DNA of 64,000 bases from Octopus sinensis (Eukaryota), in NCBI RefSeq assembly GCF_006345805.1, contig NC_042997.1, positions 116,622,001-116,686,000 on the forward strand. Direction: 5' to 3'. Position numbers and translations under genes: made by a program. Below, piece by piece: positions 1-11,149 of this stretch (its first letter is position 1; each line of letters opens with the position of its first letter). The notes beneath the pieces are model-generated. The model made no database searches. It was given only the letters and a program-made list of their open reading frames with translations, and was not told the origin of the DNA.

Positions 1-330
1 CATAAACACACTCACACACATATACATACATTCATTCATGCAGGTATATATGTTCAAGTGTGCGTGCACACACACAAGACTCTTGGGTTAAGAGATATAA
101 TACTTCGCCTAATTTAAAGGCATCAGAGATACTCTTAAAAGATCAGATTTAGTTATCCTCTCATTAAACCTGGTCCAAAATGTTTTATATTTAAGAAAAT
201 ATAACTTTTCTATAATGAAAAGCTGTTTCTTAAAAAAGCAAAAATAAATTTTCTCTTCTTGGAGAATGAAACACAGCAATTATTCCTCAAGCTCTAATTT
301 TAGTTTAGTCATAACTCCTAACTTATTTTA

Positions 331-375
331 TTGGGTTGGTGCATAATTATTGCGGCTTTTTTTCAACAAATTTTA
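331..375 (+). mobile_element. Isolated mariner terminal inverted repeat fragment (Hsmar1/MADE1-like)
   Basis: TA then TTGGGTTGGTGCATAATTATTGCGGCTTTT, close to the Hsmar1 TIR as I recall it (TTAGGTTGGTGCAAAAGTAATTGCGGTTTT); no partner TIR seen. Confidence 0.5.
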
Positions 376-447
376 TTCCAATCAGGAATCCAATGTGGAT
401 TTCGTCTACAGAAACTGAAGGAGGCCCATTGTGTGTGTGTTCATATA

Positions 448-535
448 TCACGGTATCGACCAGACTATTGAATGTTGTTATACATCGCTGGTCACAATGC
501 GCTTCACATTGTTTTAGCTTTCAAATGATGACTAG
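448..535. repeat. Short interspersed repeat (family E), further copies near 36375-36490 and 36805-36920
   Basis: Shared core CACATCGCTGGTCACAATGC..CATTGTTTTAGCYTTCAAATGA in three places. Confidence 0.7.
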
Positions 536-590
536 GTGAGCGGATCAACAGTCCCTCTGATTGGAAGGCCATCACAGGGTGGCCCATTTA

Positions 591-750
591 CAGATCGATA
601 AAATAAGTACTAGGCTTACAAAAAATAAGTCCTGGGGTTGATTTGTTCGACTATAGGCGGTGCTCCAGCATGGCCACAGCCAGATAACTGAAACAAGTAG
701 ACAAACAGACAAAGACGAGTGATTACAATACCCTGCTTTCACTTACGCGC
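591..750 (+). mobile_element. SINE family A, 3' part only
   Basis: GATAAAATAAGTACTAGGCTTAC..GGTGCTCCAGCATGGCCACAG..GAAACAAGTA matches the tail of the full copies. Confidence 0.85.
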
Positions 751-912
751 GTGGAGTAATAATAAGGAGTAATAATAATTCATGTGCAACAAAATTCGTC
801 GGGAAAAGGGCAAAAGAAAGGACAGAAAGTGGGGCATAAGTCAGGTAAAAGAAGACTGCAATGAAAGAATTACATGCACTGTACACAGGAAAAGAAAGAC
901 TGGCACACACCG

Positions 913-1232
913 GCACTCTGTCGGTTACGATGACGAGGTTCCAGTTAATTCGATCAACGGAAGAACCTGTTCGTGAAAGTAACGTGCAAGTGGCTGAAGA
1001 ACTCCACAGACACGCGTAACTCTTAACATGGTACTCAGGGAGATTAAGCGTGGTATAGAATGCGACACGGCTGGCCCCTTGAATAACAGGTACGACTCAT
1101 TTTTGCCAACCGAGTGGATTAGAGCAACGGGAAATAAAGTGTCTTGTCCAAGGATACAACGCACCGGCGGGTATCGAACTCAGGACTCTACGATGGTGAG
1201 TTGAATACCATAAGTACTAAGCCAAGTGCCTT
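913..1232 (-). mobile_element. tRNA-derived SINE, family C head with F-type tail
   Basis: Minus strand: GAAGGCAC..TGGCTTAGTACTTA A-box-like, GAGTTCGATACCC B-box-like, CCTTGGACAAGACACTTTATTTC central domain; same tail at 28090 and 51668. Confidence 0.85.
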
Positions 1233-1410
1233 CATTACACACATGGGCGCGCGCGTACGCACCCAGTGAAAGACAGGCAAGTGAACACAAGAACCACAAA
1301 AAGAAAAGGGTGGACAAGCATGCTAAGAGCAGTGATGGTGAATTTCGGAAAGCGTGGAATTTTCAGGAAGTTGTGTCCTGATAGTTGACAACTGATGTGG
1401 GTATATATAC

Positions 1411-1519
1411 GCCGGGCTTCTTTCAGTTTCCGTTTATCAAATCCACTCACAAGGCTTTGGTTAGCCCGAGGCTATAGAAGAAGACACTTGCCCAAGGTGC
1501 CACGCAACCATGTGGTTGT
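1411..1519 (-). mobile_element. SINE family A, 5' head fragment
   Basis: Reverse complement of GGCACCTTGGGCAAGTGTCTTC..GTGAGTGGATTTG..GGAAACTGAAAGAAGCCCG. Confidence 0.85.
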
Positions 1520-1558
1520 ATAGTATTAAGTTAATGTATAAATTACCTATAAATTTTT

Positions 1559-1806
1559 GGCACTACTTAAGAAGAGTGGTCCCGGTGCGCGCAGTCGCGT
1601 ACTTGCGCATACGCGCTAGCTAGTTGTGACTAGTCGATCCTACAAACGACTACCTAGCAAAGTAAATAAAACACAAAATAAATAATTTTTTACACAAAGT
1701 AAATGATTTTTTTAAAACAAAGTAAATAAAACAAAAACACAAAGGATCGACCAGTCACTAGCTAGCGCGAGTGCGCGCACCGGGACCACTCTTCTTAAGT
1801 AGTACC
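1559..1806. mobile_element. MITE-like element with long GC-rich TIRs; a second right arm at about 9335-9452
   Basis: GGCACTACTTAAGAAGAGTGGTCCCGGTGCGCGCA versus TGCGCGCACCGGGACCACTCTTCTTAAGTAGTACC (1 mismatch), pairing continues inward; A-rich interior. Confidence 0.85.
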
Positions 1807-1872
1807 AACATTTTTATAGCATGCTGACTACCTGATAAAAATCATTAATCCTTATATTCCATTACGAATTAA

Positions 1873-2995
1873 ATAAGATATATTCTGTTGTGTCTGGGGA
1901 GAGTCATTTTCTTTTTGTGCCTTATAATCTAACGCACACACCAGTAAAATTTCCACTTTTTTCTTATTTTTAGTTTCCTAAAATTGCGTCTTGCAACCTA
2001 TTCAATAGTCTTGACTGTCCGTTATTTACACTGCATTCCTTTGTGCGCATGTGTGTGGGTCAGTGTGTGTGTGTGTGTCTATGCATGCATGTACGTATGT
2101 ATGTGTGTGTGTGTGGGTATATATGTATGTATGTATGTAGTGTATGTATACATGTGTATGTATGCATATATATTGAGAGGCAGTAAATGATATGAAGTCG
2201 AAAGAAAGAATACCATTGGTTAAAATTCGAATTATTAAACAACGTTAAACTTAGAAATTACAATTCCGCTTTCATTTTGGTTTACAATTATGTTTTCTTT
2301 TGATACATTCTACCAGTATACGAAGTTTCAAATTGTTTAGTCAACTCGGAAAATCTGGCCTTCAAAATGAAAAGATCCTATATGTATGTATGTGTGTGTG
2401 TGAGCGTGTGTTTGTATATGTATGCACCTCTGTCTCCTTGTGTGTGCATGTCTGTGTGTATGTGTGTGTATGTTTTGCAACTATGCACCATGTTTGTATG
2501 TATGGATGTGCATCTCTATATGTGTGGACACATGTCTCCATATGCGTCCTTGTGTGGAGACATGTCCACACAAGGAGATGCACATCCATACATACAAACA
2601 TGATACATAGTTGCAAAACACATACACACACAGATATGCACACACAAGGAGGCAGAGGTGCATACATATACAAACACACGCTCACAAACACACACATACA
2701 TACATATGTATACACACATATATACATACATACACATGCAAACATACATACACACATACATACATACATGCATGCATAGACACACACACTGACCCACACA
2801 CATGCGCACAAACAAACAAAAAGGAACGCAGTGTAAATAACGGACAGAGTCAAGACTATTGAAAAAGTTGCAAGACGCAACGAAAATTTTAGGAAAATAA
2901 AAATAAGAAATGAGTGGAAATTTTACCGATGAGTGTGTTGAATTATAAGGCACAAAAAGAAAATGACTCTCCCCAGACACAACAGAATATGCTTC
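1873..2995. repeat. About 1.1-kb fold-back (palindrome centred near 2548, about 210-bp insert in left arm)
   Basis: 1873-2110 is the reverse complement of 2750-2995; 2385-2540 is the reverse complement of 2555-2710. Confidence 0.85.
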
Positions 2996-3054
2996 AACAC
3001 ACGAACTCACATAAAGAATCTTGCCAACCAAATCCATAAACGAAAAATAAAATA

Positions 3055-3459
3055 TCTATATATATAAAGCTGAAGTTGTCTGTGTGTGTGTGTGTGGCAG
3101 GTTTGGTAGCCTTCAACTAACACTATCTCCTCCGAGACCTGGCGGCGCAAGTTGACCAAAATTGAGAGTATGATAGAAGGCTTGCTCTTCCTTCCGTAGA
3201 AGAAAAAATTCAAATCGGACTATGTCAAGACCAAAAATTATTTACATCAAAAAGGTGCTTTTTTTTTCTATGAAAATTCCAATTTTTTACGATTTTTTGA
3301 CTGCCGTGTCGCCATTTTTCGGTGTATTTCAACCAGAAAACTGTTCACTTAAAGAGAATAACAAGCTACATAATTCAAAATTTTTACTTTTCAAAAATTT
3401 CCAATTTCTAAAGGGTCGAAAAGAAAACAAACCCGAGCAACGCCGGGTTATACTGCTAG
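3055..3459 (+). mobile_element. Complete non-autonomous Helitron (405 bp)
   Basis: 5' TCTATATATATAAA, 3' hairpin ACCCG-AGCAACGC-CGGGT then CTAG; inserted between A (3054) and T (3460); no TSD. Confidence 0.9.
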
Positions 3460-4356
3460 TAATTATATATTATTAAAAAAATATATTAAAATATTGTTGA
3501 AATATTTTGATTATTGTAAAAGTAAAAACAATTTATTGCATATAAATTTAAACAAAATCTTATTTGAACCCTCAAGGGCCACATGGACTCCAATTGAGAA
3601 CCACTGCACAAGACAAAGGGTGAAATGATCGAAAGAGTGTGTCTGTGCATGACTACAAGTTCACCGAAAGCAATTACCAAATCATCCTTGATTGCGGGCG
3701 ACAGCCGTAGTTTAGATGTATCTGGAGGAAAAATAGACGGTATAGTCACGGTTGGAATATTCTTGATAATTAAGGGCCGATTTGGAACTAATCAAGAACG
3801 TCTATTTTTACATATGGAATCTATTAGAAACTTTACCCTGAGACAGGCTACGGACATTAATGACCAACATAGCCAGTGGCTGGACAGTAAGTAGTGAAGC
3901 GCAAAACTCAGCAGTGAACATAACTAATTTATCTTCTTCACCTTCCGACGAAAGTAAAAGCTTTTGATGTTGTTAAGTCAGACGATGATATTCTACTCTC
4001 TCTCATATTGCCTGAAATCAGCGATTAAATCAGATTTAAACACTAACAAGGCAGATCAACAAACTTGCTTTATGTCATTTTCTCAATTACGATCTATGAT
4101 TTTACAGTAATCTAATGCAAAGCAGAGATTCAGCTAATGAACGTGTAATAATAGACTGGAAAACACTTTTAAGTCTTTCGTCATTTGCCCTCGAAACTTA
4201 TTAAATATTTATCTGCTTGGATATTCTTAACACAATGTCTTACTCAAATTCGCATCACATGCAGTTCTTTGACATTCTGTATGTCAACCGCCAGTACGTA
4301 TTATGGTGATTAGAAAAGCTACATCTTTAAGAAGAGAAAAGGAAAAAATACCGACA

Positions 4357-4517
4357 TAGGCGCATTCGTGGCTGTGTAATAAGAAGTTTGATTCCCAACC
4401 ACATGGTTCCGGGTTCAGTCTCACTGTGTGGCACCTTAGGAAAAGGACTTCTACTATAGTATCGGGCTAATCAGAGCCCTGTGAGTGGATGGGGTAGACG
4501 GAAACTGAAAGAAACCC

Positions 4518-4562
<45 letters not shown>

Positions 4563-5045
4563 TAGCAGTATCGCCCGGCGTTGCTCGGGTTTGTAAGGGA
4601 AATAACTATAAAGCATTTTTAGAGAGTTATAGCCAAAAAATAGCAATATATATATATATAAATATCGTGTACATTAGAACACATTTAGAGGCTTAAATGT
4701 ACACGATATTTTATATGAATAATATATAGTCTATTGACTAAATTTTTTTGTGCTAGGCCACTGGTAATAATAATTTCTATAATTCTTATTACATTAATAT
4801 TATATATATATATACACAATATATACAATGTGTGTTTCTCACCCACCACCGCTTGACAACCGATGTTTGGTGTATTTATGTCCCTGTAACTTGACGGTTC
4901 AGCAAAAGAGAGCCGATAGAATAAATACCAAGCTTAAAAACAAAAAATAAAACGTGCTGCGATCGATTCGTTCGACTAAAATTCTTCAAGGTGGTGTGCC
5001 CCAGCATGGCCGCCGTCTAACGACGGAAACAAAAGACAAATAAAA
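4357..5045 (+). mobile_element. SINE family A copy (head 4357-4521, tail about 4830-5045) interrupted within its internal (TA)n
   Basis: Head and tail match the family; the intervening DNA holds a Helitron end. Confidence 0.75.
4562..4650 (-). mobile_element. Helitron 3' end fragment
   Basis: ACTAGCAGTATCGCCCGGCGTTGCTCGGGTT is the reverse complement of the hairpin+CTAG end of the 3055 family. Confidence 0.85.
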
Positions 5046-5175
5046 CTATAAACACAAATAAATATAATGACTGGGTGGATTGCCTGTTGATTTTGATTTG
5101 CTATTGTTTAAATCCGTTTAATCGATATTTCAGAGAGGGCGGTTATTGAATAGAATTAATAGCGATGATGTCTAG

Positions 5176-5231
5176 ACAATAATAATAATAATAACAATAA
5201 TAACAATAATAATAACAATAATAATAATAAC

Positions 5232-5296
<65 letters not shown>

Positions 5297-5430
5297 TAAT
5301 AATAATAACAATAATGATAATAATAATAACAATAATGATAGTAATAATAATGATGATGATGATAATAATAACAATAATAATAATGATAATAATAACAACA
5401 ATAACAACAACGACGACGACTATTATTATT
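5176..5430. repeat. Imperfect (AAT)n/(AAC)n/(GAT)n trinucleotide microsatellite
   Basis: Directly visible; explains the poly-L and poly-I ORFs. Confidence 0.95.
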
Positions 5431-5699
5431 GTCATCGTTATGAAAGCTTTCACTTTTGTTGGGTGGGTAAAGGTGGATGGATGGTGGTGAATTAATTGTG
5501 ATTGCTTTGGCAACGTTTGAAAGTTCACTTTTCGACAGTTTTTGATCAAACTTAAAATAGCATCAAAACACAGCGTTTAAGTTTTATGGTTTTATAACCT
5601 TTTTTAATGAACAAAACATATTAGAACAGTTTATGTATAATGTTTGAGGTTAGTAAAGTTGTTTTACTTTATAGCAACATCAAAAAGAAAAATAAGCTT

Positions 5700-6335
5700 G
5701 ACTTTTTTTCTCTGTTTTGCAGTCGTTTGATGCGGCCATGCTGGAGCACCGCCTTAAAGGTTATTTTTCTTTTTTGTTTTTTTTTAGTCGAAGAAATCGA
5801 CCCTAGGACTTATTCTTTGTAAGCCAATACTTATGCCGTCGGTCTCTTTTTGCCGAACCGCTGGATTACGTGGACATAAACACACCAGCATCGACTGTCA
5901 AGCGATGGCGGTGGGACACGCACACACACACACACACACATACGACGGGCTTCTTTCAGTTTTCTTTTTTCTTTATTGCCCACAGGGGGCTAAACATAGA
6001 GGGGACAAACAAGGACAGACAAACGGATTAAGTCGATTACATCGGCCCCTGTGCGTAACTGGTACTTATTTAATTAACTCCGAAAGGATGAAAGGCAAAG
6101 TCGACCTCGGCGGAATTTGAACTCAGAACGTAAAGACAGACGAAGTACTGCTAAGCATTTCGCCTGGTGTGCTAACGTTTCTGCCAGCTCAGTTTCCGTC
6201 TACCAAATCCACTCACAAGGCTTTGGTCGGCCCGATATTAGAGTAGAAGACAATTGCCCAAGATGCCATGCAGTGAGACTGAACCCAGAACCATGTGGTT
6301 GAGAAGACAGCTTCTTACCACACAGCTAAAACTGC
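5700..6335 (-). mobile_element. SINE family A copy with a family B SINE (about 5990-6190) nested at its centre
   Basis: A tail 5700-5965, B unit, then A head 6190-6335, all on the minus strand. Confidence 0.8.
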
Positions 6336-6459
6336 GATTTGATTCATATACTTAGTTTGTTGACATCATGTAAGCATTCGATGTGGGTTCGAGCCTCAGT
6401 CGCAGCCTTCGACTTCTTTCTATCCTAAAGGGTTTTTTTTCAATCCAATATTTACACAC

Positions 6460-6720
6460 TATAAGGCTGCGAGCTTGCAGAATCGTTACCTCGCCGGAAA
6501 AAGTGCTTAGCAGCATTTCATCCATTTTTACATTCTGAGTTCAAATTCCATTGAGGTCGACTTTGCTTTTCTTCCTTTCTGGGGTCGATAAAATAAGTAC
6601 CAGGATTTTAAAAAAATTAGGAAAATAAGTAGTCGAGTCGATTCATTCGACTAAAACAACTGTTCAAGGTGGTGCTCCAGCATGGTCGCAGTCTAATGAT
6701 TGAAATATGTAAAAATGTAA
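6460..6720 (+). mobile_element. Chimeric SINE: family B head joined to an A-type tail
   Basis: GCGAGCTTGCAGAATCGTTA..GAGTTCAAATTCC..GGGGTCGATAAAATAAGTACC then GGTGGTGCTCCAGCATGG. Confidence 0.7.
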
Positions 6721-7074
6721 AAGATAAAAGATGCTAGAAAGCACATAATTAAATATTTAAGACTCTATAATCTTTAATCTCAATAAAGAATTAACCATTA
6801 TCTAAAAGCAACCTATAGAGACATGCAATAAAATTAGGAATTATGACAAAATAATCAAGATGAAAATAACAAAACGTTGGAGTGACCAGGTGTAATTTTT
6901 ATGAGAAATTTTAAGAGAAATTTTTTAGTGATCAGAGATATATGAACATCTAACTCCAAGTTATTACGTATAGGTGTGTATGTGCGTGTGTTCGTGTCTA
7001 GATATATAATATAATATAATATAATATTTGTGTGTGTATATATATATATTATATATATATATATATCGCCATGT

Positions 7075-7274
7075 TGATTCGCTAGCTTCTGCACGCATTT
7101 TTTTTCTCTCCTTGTTTCTTTCCATGTTTCTTTTCTGTGTATCTTTCTGTTGAAGAGCGTAGGCTCGAAACGTAAAAGACTTGTTTTATTTATATACTGA
7201 GCGCCATACTAATACAATTGTTTGTTTGTATTCCACCTGCCTTCGTCTTTTGTTTATTTTCATAAAGCTTCCCG

Positions 7275-7275
<1 letters not shown>
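7075..7275 (+). mobile_element. Probable Penelope-like pseudo-LTR fragment; related copies at about 40390-40570 and 42700-42880
   Basis: Contains a minimal type I hammerhead fold; downstream CTAATAC..CCTGYCTTCGT is shared among the copies. Confidence 0.65.
7142..7179 (+). ncRNA. Minimal type I hammerhead ribozyme-like motif with A6U core variant
   Basis: TCTTT-CTGTTGA-A-GAGC(GTAG)GCTC-GAAA-CG-TA-AAAGA: 5-bp stem I, 4-bp stem II, palindromic loopless helix III, GUA cleavage triplet. Confidence 0.7.
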
Positions 7276-7276
<1 letters not shown>

Positions 7277-7324
<48 letters not shown>

Positions 7325-7372
7325 ATATTTGTGCATATATGATATGTACGTATGTGTGTGTATGTATGTCTA

Positions 7373-7419
<47 letters not shown>

Positions 7420-7480
7420 ATATAAAATTTGTGTGTATATATATATATCATCATCATCATCATCATCGTCGTCGTCGTCG
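7277..7480. repeat. Compound (TA)n/(TG)n/(CAT)n/(CGT)n microsatellite
   Basis: Directly visible. Confidence 0.95.
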
Positions 7481-7716
7481 TCGTTTAATGTCCATCTTCC
7501 ATGCCTGCATGGGTAGGACGGATGACAGGAGCCAGCCACGTAGAAAAACTACCCTAGACTATTGTGTCTGTTTTGGCAGGAATTTTACGGTTTTATGCCC
7601 TTCCTAACACCAACCACTCCACCGAGTGCTTAAATAATATGACATGTAGGTATGTGTGTATGTCTATATATATAATATATATTATATAGACATACATATA
7701 TACATACACATATATG

Positions 7717-7773
<57 letters not shown>

Positions 7774-8067
7774 ATTTATATATATGTGCATATATGATAT
7801 GTAATATGTATGTATGTGTTTGTATATGTGTGTGTGTGTATGTGTGTATTGTATGTTTATAATAAAAACAATTTTACATTTATCTCAGGGGTTAATCTAT
7901 ACTTTTGTAAACTGCCGACGATGGGTTAAGTGGTCGAAACTTCGAAGTCACTGTCAACAATATTTTTGTTTAAGAATAAACTATGATGTGATATACCATA
8001 ATATAGTGTAATAATATAACACACACACACACACACACACACACGCGCGCGCGCATTCACACATATA

Positions 8068-8780
8068 CTAGATGTACCCGCCGTGGCCCGTAGGATCACA
8101 ACCACTCAAATGTCGATGCACGGAGGGAAAAGAGAACATACTATTTCGTACTTCATGCAATAAAGTTCTTAAGTAATACAGTTCTCTTGCCTTTGGTGTG
8201 ACAACATAAATACGACTAAGTGTTTCTTTCAAAACGTTCAAATGGCCTTCATCTTTTCCTCCTCGGGCTTTTCTTCGTTACTACTGTTCCAAGTGAAATA
8301 TATGGGTACTTCAACACAAAGTAATGTTTTTGCAAAGTCATAATTGATGCACAATGAAAAGAATTCTGTCAATGTTATTCTCATATGCCGTTCATAGACA
8401 GCCATATACATCTTCATTATTTCTGAGCTATATTCTTTATTCATCTGGTAGATGAACTTGCAGTATCACTATTGCAGGTGTTCTTTCATGAATTGAAAAT
8501 CCTAAAATGAATGCAACTGCTTCGGATGGTCTCCAATATACCTACCCATTAGATATTGACTAATTTCATTATCATTATTTATTTGAACAGCAGCTTGGTC
8601 CTTTCCTTACCATGACGGACATAACTGACCTCACTGAAGCAACGATTTCAACGTTGCGGTGGCATTTGAATGCTCTTAAAAGAGTTTCAGTATAAGGTAC
8701 AATCCATTTGTTTGTTTTTTTCCCCCATTCTTATGAGATTCAACTCCTCCCATTGCAACTGATCTTCGTATATAAAGAGA
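8068..8780 (-). mobile_element. Helitron deletion derivative with Rep-region coding remnants (pseudogene)
   Basis: Minus translations KWIVPYTETLLRAFKCHRNVE, SEAVAFILGFSIHERTPAIVILQVHL, TLTEFFSLCINYDFAKTLLCVEVPIYFTWN, LSRIYVVTPKARELYYLRTLLHEVR match successive Helitron RepHel blocks; 3' hairpin + CTAG at 8068-8071. Confidence 0.85.
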
Positions 8781-9147
8781 TAGTCTCTTTTTTTTGCCTT
8801 TTGATTAAGATGATAAAGATTAATATTTAAATTTAAATAAAATAGTAATTTTCGCCTTTAAGAAAAAAATAAAATCAAGTACTCGGGATTCAAAAATATC
8901 TCATAAAAATATACTGAGAATTTCTCTTTCAAGCCTACGGCACTCCGAAAGTTGTATAAATGATTAAGGGAAGAAAAAAAGAAGGTAAGACAGAAGAAAG
9001 GACGGACAGACGACGACTCTTTGCAGTGTCAACATTGTCATCTTGATTTTCTTTTTCTTAAAGGGGGAAATGACAATTTTATTTGTAATCTTTATCATCT
9101 TAATTAAATGACAGGAAAACATACAAACTTTGAGTGTTAGTATAATA

Positions 9148-9330
9148 CTAGACTACCCGTGACTCGTTAGGTCACCTGGAAAGTCTGAGTTTCCAAGCAA
9201 CGACTACCCATCCTATAACAAATGTTCATACAGATTCGGTTGAAAGTTAGAAGTTATTAGATAAACGTTTGGTACCCTCATCATAACTTAGATGGGCTTT
9301 TTTAAAAAAAACAAATAGGTTTTTTTTTTA
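9148..9330 (-). mobile_element. Helitron 3' end of a different subfamily
   Basis: Minus strand GTGAC-CTAACGA-GTCAC hairpin followed by CTAG-T. Confidence 0.55.
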
Positions 9331-9542
9331 TAGGAAAGGTAGTCGTTGTAGGATTGACTAGTCACGACTAGCTAGCGCGGATGCGCGAGTACGTGAGTGC
9401 GCGAATACGTGTTGTGCGCGCACCGGGACCACACTTCTTAAATAGTACCATTTTTAAAGTCCGATACTTATTCTATTGGTTTCGTCTGCCGAACTGTTAG
9501 TTCAGCGGAGGTACACAAACCAACCGATAGAAGGACAAATGC

Positions 9543-9586
<44 letters not shown>

Positions 9587-11149
9587 GCACGCGCGCACAC
9601 ACACACGCACACACACGTGTGTATGTGTCTACCAAATTCATGAGGCTTTGGTTGGTGTGTGTGCGTATCTACCAAATTCATAAGGCTTAGTAGAATATGC
9701 TTGCTCCAGGTGCTAAGCAGCAGGATTGAACTTGAAAGCATGTGACTTGGAAATAAACCTCTTACCACACAGCCATGTTCACGCTTTCTACCGAATTTTA
9801 AATTTTTAATGATGATAATTTTGCTGATGTATTGAACAAATTTATCGAGACTGATTTACGTTTTATTATGTGTTAACAATATTTGATCATCGACACAAGG
9901 GAGTTAACTTGTCAAAATGTTGGTTTTGTTATTCGTTGACAAGCAGTAATACAACAGATAACAGAGACACAACAAAAGACATCTTGTAGTTATACAATAT
10001 CTTTACATTTATAAAAAAATATGGTGAAGAGAGTTTATTTTTCTTTCTTTCTTGAAATGTATTTAGAAATCAGTCACAAGTTTCATTGAAATATTTTCGT
10101 GTTTGTTACTGACTTAGTGAAGTGAAAGGTTGAAATGTTATCTTGAAATGGTGATGTGTGTCCTTTGTAGAACAACAAGAAGAGCGATCCTTTTTTAACT
10201 TTTGGCACAAGACAGCAATTTCGAGCGGACGGGGAGTCGATTGCATCGGCCCCAGCCTTCAAATGTTTCTTATTTTATCGACACGAAAAGCTGAAAGGCA
10301 AAGTTTGCCTCGGTGGAATTTGAACTCAAAAAGTAAAGAGCATGAAGAAACGTCTCTAAGCATTTTGTCCGACGCGTTCACAACAATAACAACAACAATA
10401 TCAATAATAACAACAGATTTTTCACTGAAATATCTTCATATTTGTTCATTAGTTGCTTGGAAGAGATCTAGATTTGGAATTGTAACTTGAAAATGGTAAT
10501 AATTGTCCCTCGCTCTGCAATCAACGTTTTCTCATATCTCATTCGTGAAACGATTTTAATGACAAGTAAAACCGTTTTACGATGAGTTCAGCCAAATTAG
10601 GAATTTGTACCATCGAATCAAATAGCGCATTATAAGTTATTATTATATTATTTATCGTATTGGCACCATTTGCCAGTTCGCTGATGCTTTTATCAATGTT
10701 TATTCTCCAGGAAGCGGAAATATTCATATTGAGCAATCACATCATTTAACCAAATGATTAATACCAGTTTAGAATTGACTAGATCTCTGCAACGGATCTT
10801 CAAATTACTAGGTATTATGATTTCAAGTCAGAGTAATTTGTATTAATCAGTTTATTTCGACTTTCATTCAATATAACCCATTTACGTTTTGTCGGTGTCA
10901 GCAAATATATTTCAGAATAATTAATAAATTGACATCTGTGACACCAGTTTGTTTGGCAAGCCAAATAATTACAAAATAATTATAGCCATGGTTACTATTT
11001 TTATTATTTGTTGCAAATTTAGAAAAAAAAAAGAGGGTATTTAGAGCGTGCGTGGAAAAATGTATTTGGATATGGTTAAAATGTAATCAACGCAGGAAAA
11101 GTTTTTATTAAAATAAATACTGCAGACTGAAAGAAACCAGAGTTCATTT

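Noticed and set aside
3470-3607. TTGAGAACCACTG as a hAT-Charlie-type end
   Set aside because: Single 13-bp end with no partner TIR or TSD found
3625-3894. ORF with KGRFGTNQERLFLHMESI, faintly like BEL/Pao Gag
   Set aside because: Only a short motif resemblance; no LTR, pol or zinc-knuckle support
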